32,000 nt of DNA, from contig CP149973.1 in the NCBI GenBank assembly GCA_029269845.2, forward strand, positions 1,110,001 through 1,142,000, in the 5' to 3' direction. The notes beneath the pieces are model-generated. The model saw only the letters and a list, made by a program, of their open reading frames with translations. It had not been told where the DNA came from and ran no database searches. Source of the DNA: Opitutia bacterium KCR 482 (GTDB lineage Bacteria; Verrucomicrobiota; Verrucomicrobiia; Opitutales; Intestinicryptomonadaceae). Numbering within the stretch: the stretch's first letter is position 1; the number at the start of each line of letters is the position of its first letter. This document shows positions 6,404 to 15,408 of this stretch, piece by piece. The position numbers were made by a program, and so were the translations under genes.

Positions 6404-8905
6404 ATGAGCAAAGACAAAGCCAACATTAAAGCAAAGTCGGACGAAAAGATTTTCACCGACGCGAATTCCTGTCCGTTTTTTGTAAGCGACAACACCGAAG
6501 GAATGAAAAAGGCAATCCTTTGGCATCTCGAAACGTCGCTCGCGCGCGACCGCAAGACGGCGTCCATGCGCGACTGGTGGGTTGCGTCAGCCCTCTCCGT
6601 GCGCGACCATATCATGAAGCGGTTCATCAAAACGATGAACAAGCAGTACGAAGGCGACGCCCGCAGAGTATACTATTTCTCGCTCGAATACCTCGTCGGC
6701 AGACTCACCGAAGACGTGCTCGTAAACACGCACCTGCTCGAACCCACAAAGGACGCGCTTAAATCTCTCGGAGTAGACCCCGACGAAGTAATAGCGCAGG
6801 AGGTCGATATGGGCTTGGGCAACGGCGGCCTCGGCAGACTCGCCGCGTGCTTCCAGGACTCTCTCGCAACGCTGAACTACCCCGCAGTCGGCTACGGAAT
6901 CAGATACGAATTCGGTCTGTTTACGCAGTCGTTCGAAGACGGCAGACAGGTTGAATCGCCAGACAACTGGCTTAAATTCGGCTGCCCGTGGGAAATCGTC
7001 CGCCCGCAGAGAACGGTTAGAGTGCCCGTGGGAGGCACAGTCAAAGGAATGATGGACGACAAGGGCGACTGGTCGCCCGTCTGGAAGCCCGTCAACGAAA
7101 TTCTCGGCGTTCCGTGGGACATTCCCGTCGTCGGATACGGCGCGGAAACGGTAAACTTCCTCAGGCTTTGGGAATCGAGGGCGTCGAACGAGTTCGATCT
7201 CGACGCCTTCAACGAGGGCGGCTACACGCAGGCCGTCCACGAAAAGGCGATGAGCGAAACTATATCCAAGGTGCTCTACCCGAACGACAAAACCGAAAAC
7301 GGCAAATACCTAAGGCTTCTCCAACAGTACTTCTTCGTGTCGTGCTCGTTGCAGGACATTATCCGCAGATACATATCGGAACACGCCGACTGGTCGAAAT
7401 TCACCGACAAAGTCGTAATACAGCTCAACGACACGCACCCTGCAATCGCAATCCCCGAACTCATGCGCCTGCTCATGGACGTGCACGGGCTTTCGTGGGA
7501 CGAATCGTGGGCTATGTGCACAAAGATTTTCGCCTACACAAACCACACGCTTCTGCCCGAAGCTCTGGAAAAGTGGTCGGTAAACTTCTTCGAAAAGCTG
7601 CTGCCGCGCCACCTGCAAATCATCTACGAAATCAACGCCCGCTGGATGGACAAGGTCAACAAAATGTACCCCGCCGACCCACACAAGCGCGAATGCCTCT
7701 CCATTATAGAGGAAAGCTCGCCGAAGATGGTGCGCATGGCGTATCTGGCGGTCGTGGGAAGCTTCAGCGTGAACGGCGTCGCCGCGCTCCACACGGAGCT
7801 TCTCAAAGACTCGGTTCTGCGCGACTTCTACGAAGTCTCGCCCGAAAAATTCAACAACAAGACAAACGGCGTCACGCCGCGCCGCTGGCTTAAAGTCTGC
7901 AACCCCGGGCTTTCGTCGCTCATCGACACGAAAATCGGCGACAAGTGCTGGGTCAAGAACCTCGACGACCTGCGCGCGCTCGAAAAATACGCCGACGACC
8001 CGTCGTTCCAAGACAAGTTCATGGCGGTAAAGCTCGAAAACAAAAAGAAGCTCGCCGCGGTAATCAGGAACTCCTGCGGGGTGGAGGTAAACCCGAACGC
8101 GCTCTTCGACGTGCAAATAAAGCGTCTGCACGAGTACAAGAGACAGCACCTCAACCTGCTCCACATTCTCACGCTCTACCGCGCCCTTCTGCACAACCCC
8201 GACATGGACATTCCCCCGCGCGTGTTCATCTTCGGCGCAAAGGCGGCTCCCGGCTACGACATCGCAAAGAACATCATCTACGCAATCAACAAAGTCGGCG
8301 AAAAAATCAACTCCGACAAGCGCATAAACGGCAAGCTCAAAGTTGTGTTCATTCCCAATTACAGCGTGTCGGCGGCGATGAACATCATTCCCGCGGCGGA
8401 CGTTTCGGAACAGATTTCGACGGCAGGCAAAGAGGCGTCGGGCACGGGCAACATGAAGCTTGCGCTCAACGGCGCGGTGACGCTCGGCACGCTCGACGGC
8501 GCTAACGTGGAAATCAAGGAGGAAGTCGGCGACGACAACATCTTCATCTTCGGACTTACGGTCGAGGAGGTGCAAAAGCTCAAAGGCGGCGGCTACAATC
8601 CGTGGGAATACTACGCCAAGAACGCAAACCTCAAAGACGTTCTCGACTGGCTTGTGTCCGACTATTTCATGCCGTCGAACCCCAACGCCTTCATGCCTAT
8701 GCGCAAGTCGATTCTCGACTGGGGCGACAACTTCATGGTTTGCGCCGACTATCAGGCATACTGCGACGCGCAACAGCGCGTTGGAGAGGCGTTCATGGAC
8801 AAACGCCGCTGGGCGAAAATGGCGATTATGAACACCGCGCGAATCGGCAAGTTTTCTTCCGACCGCACAATCCGCGAGTACGCCGAAGACATCTGGAAGT
8901 TGTAG
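6404..8905 (+). CDS. glgP: Glycogen/maltodextrin phosphorylase (GT35)
   Basis: 833-aa ORF. The pyridoxal-phosphate lysine motif [28 protein letters not shown] is present, and the family-typical N-terminal region reads [10 protein letters not shown]. Confidence 0.95.
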   Translation: MSKDKANIKAKSDEKIFTDANSCPFFVSDNTEGMKKAILWHLETSLARDRKTASMRDWWVASALSVRDHIMKRFIKTMNKQYEGDARRVYYFSLEYLVGRLTEDVLVNTHLLEPTKDALKSLGVDPDEVIAQEVDMGLGNGGLGRLAACFQDSLATLNYPAVGYGIRYEFGLFTQSFEDGRQVESPDNWLKFGCPWEIVRPQRTVRVPVGGTVKGMMDDKGDWSPVWKPVNEILGVPWDIPVVGYGAETVNFLRLWESRASNEFDLDAFNEGGYTQAVHEKAMSETISKVLYPNDKTENGKYLRLLQQYFFVSCSLQDIIRRYISEHADWSKFTDKVVIQLNDTHPAIAIPELMRLLMDVHGLSWDESWAMCTKIFAYTNHTLLPEALEKWSVNFFEKLLPRHLQIIYEINARWMDKVNKMYPADPHKRECLSIIEESSPKMVRMAYLAVVGSFSVNGVAALHTELLKDSVLRDFYEVSPEKFNNKTNGVTPRRWLKVCNPGLSSLIDTKIGDKCWVKNLDDLRALEKYADDPSFQDKFMAVKLENKKKLAAVIRNSCGVEVNPNALFDVQIKRLHEYKRQHLNLLHILTLYRALLHNPDMDIPPRVFIFGAKAAPGYDIAKNIIYAINKVGEKINSDKRINGKLKVVFIPNYSVSAAMNIIPAADVSEQISTAGKEASGTGNMKLALNGAVTLGTLDGANVEIKEEVGDDNIFIFGLTVEEVQKLKGGGYNPWEYYAKNANLKDVLDWLVSDYFMPSNPNAFMPMRKSILDWGDNFMVCADYQAYCDAQQRVGEAFMDKRRWAKMAIMNTARIGKFSSDRTIREYAEDIWKL

Positions 8906-8910
8906 GATTA

Positions 8911-8921
8911 GCGGATTGCCG
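8911..8921 (-). repeat. 11-nt motif CGGCAATCCGC (copy 3 of 3, 3' flank of element copy B)
   Basis: The plus strand reads GCGGATTGCCG. It is identical to 9102-9112. It lies between the glgP stop codon and copy B. Confidence 0.5.
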
Positions 8922-8934
8922 AGAGCTTCCTTTG

Positions 8935-9076
8935 GGCGCGTGAAAATGGGCAAAATAAAGGCGTTTCGCTTGCTGCGGCTTGGTCATGTACATAAGTACA
9001 CTCCCGTCGCCTCGCCGCGCAAAGCCGCCTTTCTTTACCCGTTTTGACGCGCCTAAGCAGCTTGGCTTCGCCAAGC
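8935..9076 (-). ncRNA. Unclassified structured element, copy B (inverted relative to copy A)
   Basis: The reverse complement aligns with 6190-6330 and has the same P1-P5 architecture. The 25-nt core at 8961-8985 differs from 6282-6306 at one position. Confidence 0.45.
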
Positions 9077-9101
9077 GATGAGTTTTTAGACGTTGTTATT
9101 T

Positions 9102-9112
9102 GCGGATTGCCG
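9102..9112 (-). repeat. 11-nt motif CGGCAATCCGC (copy 2 of 3, 5' flank of element copy B)
   Basis: It is an exact direct repeat of 8911-8921, 191 nt away. Confidence 0.5.
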
Positions 9113-9190
9113 CTTTTAATTTTACTCAAAACTCGCTTCGCTTGTTTTGGGAGAATTTAGGTTGCTCCGCATTTAACCTATGAAGCAACA

Positions 9191-9219
9191 AACGCCGCCC
9201 TGTTCGGGGCGGCGTTTTT
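9191..9219. terminator. Bidirectional intrinsic terminator
   Basis: The stem is ACGCCGCCC/GGGCGGCGT (9192-9200/9207-9215) with a 6-nt loop. A T5 run follows on the plus strand and a T-rich tract (GTTTGTTG) on the minus strand. It lies just downstream of the minus-strand gene that ends at 9245. Confidence 0.8.
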
Positions 9220-9244
9220 GTTTGCGGGTTGTCTGCCGCGTTTG

Positions 9245-11266
9245 CTATTTGTAGAAGCGCAAGATTACAGGCTCGAAAACTTCCGCGCGGACTGGCACGG
9301 AAATCTTTTTGTCGGCGTCCTGCGCGAATTCCACCTTGCGCCACTTGCCGTCGCCGCCGAGCATTTCGGCTTTCGTAAAGCTCTTTGTAGAGCCGAACGT
9401 AAGCGGCGAAATCGGGTCGATTCCGACTGTCGTAAAGACGACGAATTCCGAGCCGTCGTCGAGGGTGAAGTTTTTCAGGTAAACTTCGGCGTCGCCGTCG
9501 TACCACACCGAGAACGGCGCGAGTTTATTGAACAGCAAAACATACTGCGCCTTGCGCGATTCCGTCAAATGGTTCGGTCCCTGCGGCAGCGAGCCGAAAA
9601 CGACAACCCTGCCGCCGAGCGAATTTTCGAAATACGTCGAGGCTGGCGCGAGATATTCGGCGAGTTTTTTGTCGCCGTATGTGTACGGCAGGTGAATGAA
9701 GTCGGAGTAAACCAGCGTTTTTTCGGACAGCGGTTCGAGCTTGAACGCGGTCGTCGGAGGCTCGCAGAATTTTCCCGCCGCCTCGCCGCAATTTGCGCCG
9801 AAGCGCTCGCGCGTGATTTTTACGGACTTGTCCCACGGCGAAACTTTCACGCCCGTGTGTCTGCCCAGCCCGCGGTTTTGGATTTCAAGCGCGGCTGCGC
9901 CGTCGAGCACGCAGCCGAGCGAGAGCACCCTTTCAAGCTCGGCGTTCGAGAGCCTTTTCGCCGTGCTTCCGCGCAGAAACGCGGGGCGGTCGAGCTTCGA
10001 AATTTCCGTGTACGAAACAGGCAGCCCCATGACGCCCGTTATCGAATCCCAAAACGAGTCGTTGCCCATTTGCAGGGTTTCGCCGCGCCGCAGAGTGGTG
10101 AACGAAGGCGCGACAATTTCGGTAAGCCCTACGCGTTTCGAGCGGCGGAAACAGCGCAGAATTTCGTCGTACATGCCCCTGTTTTCGGCGAGGATTTTCT
10201 TGTACGCCCCGCCGCTTTCCGGTTCGTAGTCTACAAAGCGGTTCGGCCAGTATTTCGCGCCGCTCGCGCCTTCGAGAATCGAAACGACAAGTCCGGCGTG
10301 GAGCGTGCGCGCGCTTGTGAAATAGCGGTTTCGCGGAAAGGTGTCTATTTCGGCGTAAACGCGGTCGGGCTTGGCTGCGACGTTTTGCACCACAAGCTGG
10401 CGGGCGGTGAAGTAGAGGTCGCGGCATTTCGGGTTGTAGTAGCGGGCGTTGCCGATTCGCAAAACGGAGGGCTGCCCCTTTGCGGCGAGGGTGCGGGCGA
10501 TTTTGCCGTCGTGCATCATGTCGGCGGGCGAGCCACACATAAGGCAGGGGATTGTCGGGTCGACGGAGTCTATCGCCTCCCTTATGATTTTCGCAAGTTC
10601 GACGAGGGATTCGCCGTCCACCGCCATCGCCGCGGCGGAAATTTTTTTGTCGAGCTCGGAGCTTCCCGCGAGGTGTTTTTTGAGCTGCTCCCGGGTGAGG
10701 TCGTAGCCGAAATCGCGTTTGAGCTTCGCCAAATGGAGCGGGCAGAGGCAGCCGTTGCGCCCGCCCATCACGCGGAAGTCGTCGTCGACCATAATCGCCG
10801 CGGGCTTGAGTTTTGCGACGCGCACAACGCATTCGCGGATATATTTGCGGAAGTTTTCGTCGAGCGGGCAGACGATGTTTTTCGTCCAGCCGCCGACGCC
10901 GTCGTCGCGCGAGACGAGCTGCCGGAACGGGTGCGGAACTTCAAGCTCGAAGCCGTGCCCGAGGGTTGCCTGCAAGATGATTCCCGTCTTGCAGTCGGCG
11001 TTGCCAATCGCGTTCCGCAGGCGTTTGTACTTTTCCTCGTAGAGCGAAATTTTGTCGAACGGCGGATTGCCCTCGGGCACTAGAAAAAACGAAACCATGT
11101 GAATGTCTGCGACATTTTCGGCGGACATTTTCTTCAAGTCCTCCGCCTGTTTCTCCACCGTTTCGTCGAAAAGCATCACGAGGTCGAGAATCTCGACCCT
11201 GTCCGACGCCGCCTGCGCGGACATCGCGGCAATCCCTCCGCATAAAATCGCAAATAATTTTTTCAT
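9245..11266 (-). CDS. Secreted protein of unknown function, possibly a GH42-like TIM-barrel glycoside hydrolase
   Basis: This is the 686-aa ORF of the track. I prefer the internal start at 11266 (MKKLFAILCGGIAAMSAQAAS, a signal peptide), which gives 673 aa. Segments CPLDENFRKY and GCLCPLHLAKLKRDFGY resemble the Cys-cluster region of GH42-type enzymes. That comparison is from memory only. Confidence 0.8.
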   Translation of the reverse strand: MKKLFAILCGGIAAMSAQAASDRVEILDLVMLFDETVEKQAEDLKKMSAENVADIHMVSFFLVPEGNPPFDKISLYEEKYKRLRNAIGNADCKTGIILQATLGHGFELEVPHPFRQLVSRDDGVGGWTKNIVCPLDENFRKYIRECVVRVAKLKPAAIMVDDDFRVMGGRNGCLCPLHLAKLKRDFGYDLTREQLKKHLAGSSELDKKISAAAMAVDGESLVELAKIIREAIDSVDPTIPCLMCGSPADMMHDGKIARTLAAKGQPSVLRIGNARYYNPKCRDLYFTARQLVVQNVAAKPDRVYAEIDTFPRNRYFTSARTLHAGLVVSILEGASGAKYWPNRFVDYEPESGGAYKKILAENRGMYDEILRCFRRSKRVGLTEIVAPSFTTLRRGETLQMGNDSFWDSITGVMGLPVSYTEISKLDRPAFLRGSTAKRLSNAELERVLSLGCVLDGAAALEIQNRGLGRHTGVKVSPWDKSVKITRERFGANCGEAAGKFCEPPTTAFKLEPLSEKTLVYSDFIHLPYTYGDKKLAEYLAPASTYFENSLGGRVVVFGSLPQGPNHLTESRKAQYVLLFNKLAPFSVWYDGDAEVYLKNFTLDDGSEFVVFTTVGIDPISPLTFGSTKSFTKAEMLGGDGKWRKVEFAQDADKKISVPVRAEVFEPVILRFYK

Positions 11267-11311
11267 AGATGCTTGAAAAATATTAAACGCGCTGTTTGAT
11301 TTCAACGCAAA

Positions 11312-11947
11312 ATGAAAGACGATTCAGTAAACAGTTTAGTCGAAACCGTAAAACGCCTGCGCGCGCCCGACGGCTGCCCATGGGACAGGGAACAAACGCA
11401 CAAGTCGATACGCGGGCACCTCGTCGAGGAATGCGCAGAGCTGCTCGAGGCAATAGACCTCGAAAGCCCCGAAAAGATGCGCGAGGAGCTCGGCGACGTG
11501 CTCATGCACATAGTCCTCCACGCCGAAATAGAGAGCGAAAACGGGCACTTCGACTTCTACGACGTCGCGCGCGAGCTTAACGAAAAGCTCGTGCGCCGCC
11601 ACCCGCACGTCTTCGGCGGACAAAAGGCCTCCGACAGCGGCGAAGTCCTCAAAATTTGGCAGGACGTAAAAACGAAGGAGAAAAAGGAGCGCGCCGTCGG
11701 AAAGCTCTTCGACGGCATTCCGCCGCAGCTCTCCGCCCTGCGCTACGCGCTCGACATCGCAAAAAAGGCCGACGCCCAAACGCTCGACGCCGCGGCGAAA
11801 GCCGCGCCAAAAAACGCCGCAACGGAAATCGGGCGCGAAATGTTCGAGCTTGTCAGAAAGGCGGCGGCGGAAAAAATCGAACCAGAATCCGCCCTGCGCG
11901 ACTATATTTTGGAAATCCGCGCGGAGGCCGGAAAAGAGGGCAAATAG
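11312..11947 (+). CDS. mazG: MazG-family nucleoside triphosphate pyrophosphohydrolase
   Basis: N-terminal sequence LRAPDGCPWDREQTHKSIRGHLVEECAELLEAI...ELGDVLMHIV...KLVRRHPHVFG is typical of MazG. Confidence 0.9.
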   Translation: MKDDSVNSLVETVKRLRAPDGCPWDREQTHKSIRGHLVEECAELLEAIDLESPEKMREELGDVLMHIVLHAEIESENGHFDFYDVARELNEKLVRRHPHVFGGQKASDSGEVLKIWQDVKTKEKKERAVGKLFDGIPPQLSALRYALDIAKKADAQTLDAAAKAAPKNAATEIGREMFELVRKAAAEKIEPESALRDYILEIRAEAGKEGK

Positions 11948-11950
11948 CCA

Positions 11951-12697
11951 GTGCCCGAACCAAAAGCAAACGCATTCTTCACGACGCTTTCGGCGGGCGG
12001 GAAAACCGTCCGCGTAAAAGTGGAGATTGCGGAATCCAAACGCGCAAAACGCTTCTGCGCGCGCGTGGTCGGCAAAGACGAAATCTGCCTGACAAAACCC
12101 GCGCGGTCGTCGAGGCGCGCCGCGCTCGAATTTCTGGAATCGGTCGCCGAATGGGCCGTGGCGAGGCTCGCCGAAGCCCCCGAGAAAATTTCGCTGCGCA
12201 GATATCTTTCCAAAAATCCGCGCGTCTACGCCGGCGGATTCGAGTGGCGCGTGTGGCTTGAAAAATCGCGCACCGACGCGTTTTTCGTGGAAGACGCAAA
12301 AAACCGCGAAGTAGTGTTTTCGTCGCCCGAACCCGACGCAAACGGCGACAGGCTCGCGGAGGCGTTCGCGGAGTTTGCGGCAAAAAAAATCTGCGCAAGC
12401 GCGGCGGCGGCGGCGGAAAAATTCGGCGTGGAATATTCGCGCATAAGCGTGCGGAACCAGTCGGGACGCTGGGCGTCGCGCTCGTCGAGCGGCGCGCTCT
12501 CGTTCAACGAAAGAATGCTTCTGCTGCCCTGCGAGCTCCAAAACTACATAATCTGCCACGAGCTTGCGCACGCGCGCTTCATGGACCATTCGGTGTCGTT
12601 CTGGATTTGGCTCGGCCGCCTCTGCCCGCACGCAAAGCGGCTCGACCGCGAACTTTCAAAACTTTCGGGCAAACTCTTCGCTGTGTCGCTAAAATAA
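11951..12697 (+). CDS. YgjP/DUF45-type HExxH metal-dependent hydrolase
   Basis: The C-terminal motif is YIICHELAHARFMDHSVSFWIWL. The start is GTG, 3 nt after the mazG stop. Confidence 0.8.
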   Translation: MPEPKANAFFTTLSAGGKTVRVKVEIAESKRAKRFCARVVGKDEICLTKPARSSRRAALEFLESVAEWAVARLAEAPEKISLRRYLSKNPRVYAGGFEWRVWLEKSRTDAFFVEDAKNREVVFSSPEPDANGDRLAEAFAEFAAKKICASAAAAAEKFGVEYSRISVRNQSGRWASRSSSGALSFNERMLLLPCELQNYIICHELAHARFMDHSVSFWIWLGRLCPHAKRLDRELSKLSGKLFAVSLK

Positions 12698-12756
12698 AAT
12701 TACCTCCGGCAACCGAAAAGCATACGCTGGCACACGCTTTCACCAAAGGACTATAT

Positions 12757-13962
12757 ATGATGAAGAAAAAACTGCTCGCAATAATTTCGGCAACCGCAAC
12801 CGTCGGGTGCGCGTTCGCCATCGAAGTAAAGATAAATCTCGGCAAAAAATTCCAGACGATAGAATATTTCGGCGCAAGCGACGCCTGGGCAACGCAATAT
12901 ATCGGCGACTTCTGGAGCGACGCGCACAGGGAGAAAACCGCAAGGCTGCTGTTCTCGCAGAAGCTCGACAAATACGGCAATCCCGAGGGCGCGGGGCTTT
13001 CGCTCTGGCGCGTGAATCTCGGCGGCGGAACGTTCGACGGCAACACTTCGCAGATCGAACCCGAATGGCGCGCGGCGCGGTCGTTCCTGCCCGAAAACTC
13101 CGAAACGCCAGACTGGTCGCGCTGCGCGGGGCTTCGATATTTTATGGAGAAGGCGCGCGACTACGGCTGCGGAAAATTTATGCTCTTTTCGAACACTCCA
13201 CCGATACAGTGGACGCTCAACGGCAAGGGCTACGCGGCAAGGGGCAACCCCGCGGCAAACCTCAAGCCGGAAGCCTTCGGCAAGTTCGCAAACTATATGG
13301 CGGACGCGGCAAAACACTTCATCGAAGAGGGCTACAACATCGAATACATAAGCCCCGTAAACGAGCCGCAATGCCCGTGGGACTACACGGGCGCAAAACA
13401 GGAGGGTTCGCCGTGGCGTTGTTCCGACATGAAGAAAATCCTCGAAGAGCTCGACCGCGCAATAGGCGAGCGCAACATCGGCACGAAAATCTTATTCGGC
13501 GAAACGGCGCACCACGTCTACAATTACGCCGACAAATCGTCCCCGAAAACGCCCAAACACTGGGAGAATCTTTCCGAAGAGGAACGCCCCGCACTCATTA
13601 TACAAAAGTTTTTCGACAAAAGCGGAAAATTCCATATAGGCGGCTTGAAACATCTGGCAAGGCAGCTAGCCTCGCACGGCTACCACACGCACACAAACGA
13701 CGCCGACGACACAAAAGCGGTTTCGGCAACCGCCTTTCTTTCGCCCAACGGCGGCAGGATAGTCGCGGTCTTCGTGAACATGAAAGACTCGGACGAGCCC
13801 GTGTCGGTCGCCCTTCCGCAAAAGTTCGCGAACGCAAAACGCTCTGTCTACATAACCGACGGGCGGCGCAACTTGGCTCTCGAAAATTCGGCGGACGGCT
13901 CGACGGGCAAAATTTCGCTCTACCCGCATTCAATAACAACGGTCGTTTTCGACGCGCGATAA
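12757..13962 (+). CDS. GH30-like secreted protein, apparently missing barrel strands beta7-beta8
   Basis: I place the start at the ATG at 12757 (MMKKKLLAIISATATVGCAFA, a signal peptide), not the track start at 12607. FGASDAW, the acid/base-type motif SPVNEPQ, LFGET and SHGYH follow the GH30 order. The sequence then runs directly into the C-terminal beta-sandwich (AVSATAFLSPNGGRIVAVFVN...ITTVVF). Confidence 0.75.
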   Translation: MMKKKLLAIISATATVGCAFAIEVKINLGKKFQTIEYFGASDAWATQYIGDFWSDAHREKTARLLFSQKLDKYGNPEGAGLSLWRVNLGGGTFDGNTSQIEPEWRAARSFLPENSETPDWSRCAGLRYFMEKARDYGCGKFMLFSNTPPIQWTLNGKGYAARGNPAANLKPEAFGKFANYMADAAKHFIEEGYNIEYISPVNEPQCPWDYTGAKQEGSPWRCSDMKKILEELDRAIGERNIGTKILFGETAHHVYNYADKSSPKTPKHWENLSEEERPALIIQKFFDKSGKFHIGGLKHLARQLASHGYHTHTNDADDTKAVSATAFLSPNGGRIVAVFVNMKDSDEPVSVALPQKFANAKRSVYITDGRRNLALENSADGSTGKISLYPHSITTVVFDAR

Positions 13963-13983
13963 GCCGAACTCATACACGCAAAA

Positions 13984-15408
13984 ATGAAAAAAATTCAGAA
14001 TGCGATTTTCCGCTTCTCTCTCGCGCTGTCCATGCTTGCCGCGTCGGCCCACGCGCAATTTAAGGACGCCGCGCAATTCGGGTTTCTGCCCGAAAACGAC
14101 GGCTTCAAAAACGCCGAGGCTCTGCAAAAGGCGGTAGACGGCGGAGGAACGATTGCCGTTTCGAAAAAAGGCGTCTACGCAATCTCGAAGGAAATAAGAA
14201 TCGGCGACAATACGCACCTTGTTTTCGGCGCGGATACGGTCGTAAGAAAGACGGCGGCAAAGGGCGCGTCCTTCCCCTACGCTTTCGTCAACAAGGGCGC
14301 GTACGACAAAACGTTCAATGAAAATATCCGCATAACGGGGCTGAATTTGTCGGTCGGCGGAATCGACCAGTGCAATACTCCGATTGTCGGGCTAATCGGG
14401 CATCTGTCGTTCTTCTATGTAAAAGACCTGCGGATTGAAAACTTCCGCTGTGCCGACTTGGAGAAAGGACAGTTCTGTATCCAGATTTGCGCGTTCGAAA
14501 ACATAATCGTGCGCGACGCAATCATCAAAGGCAAGAAGGACGGCGTGCACCTCGGACGCGGCAAGACATTCAAAATAGCCGACTGCGACTTCACCACATT
14601 CGACGACGCAATAGCCCTCAACGCCCACGACTACTCCACCTCAAACCCCGAACTGGGCTGGATTGAAGACGGCGTCATAGAAAACATCGTAGACCGCAAC
14701 GAAGAAAAAACCGTGGGCTACTTCTGCCGAATCCTCGGCGGCTCGTGGACCGACTGGCGCGAGGGCATGAAAATACAACGCTCCGACAGCGTCGTATCCG
14801 ACGGGCGAATCTACCGAAGCGTAAACAAACCCGACGGCAAAACGTACATATCGAAAACGCGCCCGACGCACAAAAGCGGAACGCAAACGCTCGACGGCAT
14901 TCTCTGGCGCGTCGTGCAGGACGGCGCGACATACACCGCGGGCGTGCGCAACGTGGTCTTCCGCGACATATTTTTATACAAACCGCGCACGGCGTTTTCC
15001 GTGCACTTCGACAACGGCGTTTACAGCCGCTCGTACTATCCGAACGCGCCGTTCGTGTCGCAAAGCGGCTTGGTGTTCGACAACGTCCGCGTGATGTTCG
15101 ACGAGCCGAAACCGTTTCTGACGTCGCTTACCCCGATAGACTCGATGGTCATGAACAACTGCCATTTGAAGAAAAACAAAATTCTGTTCTTCTGCAATTC
15201 GGACATGAAAGACTTCGGCAAAACCTCCATGAGATTTTCGAACTGCACGTTCGACGTCCCCGAAAACTTCGTGCTAATCGAAAACAAAATAAAGAACAAA
15301 CAGCTCGACGTACGCGCAAGAGGCTCTATTTTGCCCAACGGCAAACCCGCAGTAAAAGACAGACTCGACCGCGATTTCTTCGACTGCGACTTTTTGGAGA
15401 AAAATTAG
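13984..15408 (+). CDS. Secreted right-handed beta-helix protein (pectate-lyase superfamily, GH28-like)
   Basis: The signal peptide is MKKIQNAIFRFSLALSMLAASAHA. The N-terminal FGFLPENDGFKNAEALQKAVDGGGTIAV pattern and repeated I/V-x-N/D turns are typical of beta-helix glycanases. Confidence 0.75.
   Translation: MKKIQNAIFRFSLALSMLAASAHAQFKDAAQFGFLPENDGFKNAEALQKAVDGGGTIAVSKKGVYAISKEIRIGDNTHLVFGADTVVRKTAAKGASFPYAFVNKGAYDKTFNENIRITGLNLSVGGIDQCNTPIVGLIGHLSFFYVKDLRIENFRCADLEKGQFCIQICAFENIIVRDAIIKGKKDGVHLGRGKTFKIADCDFTTFDDAIALNAHDYSTSNPELGWIEDGVIENIVDRNEEKTVGYFCRILGGSWTDWREGMKIQRSDSVVSDGRIYRSVNKPDGKTYISKTRPTHKSGTQTLDGILWRVVQDGATYTAGVRNVVFRDIFLYKPRTAFSVHFDNGVYSRSYYPNAPFVSQSGLVFDNVRVMFDEPKPFLTSLTPIDSMVMNNCHLKKNKILFFCNSDMKDFGKTSMRFSNCTFDVPENFVLIENKIKNKQLDVRARGSILPNGKPAVKDRLDRDFFDCDFLEKN

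Noticed and set aside
6190-9076. The inverted repeats as recombination sites for an invertible glgP segment (a phase-variation switch).
   Set aside because: The copies are only about 77% identical, with no long identical core beyond 12 nt. No recombinase gene is nearby. The candidate glgP promoter lies inside the segment, so inversion would not uncouple promoter and gene.
12607-12756. N-terminal extensions of track ORFs: 12607 for the GH30-like gene, 18470 for the Sel1 gene, 20797 for the hydrolase, 21831 for DJ-1, 28024 for hisH and 11305 for the 686-aa ORF.
   Set aside because: The extended parts overlap the preceding gene or the spacer and read as Arg/Pro-rich nonsense. Internal ATGs give proper signal peptides or canonical N-termini. 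They often form ATGA overlaps with the upstream stop codon.
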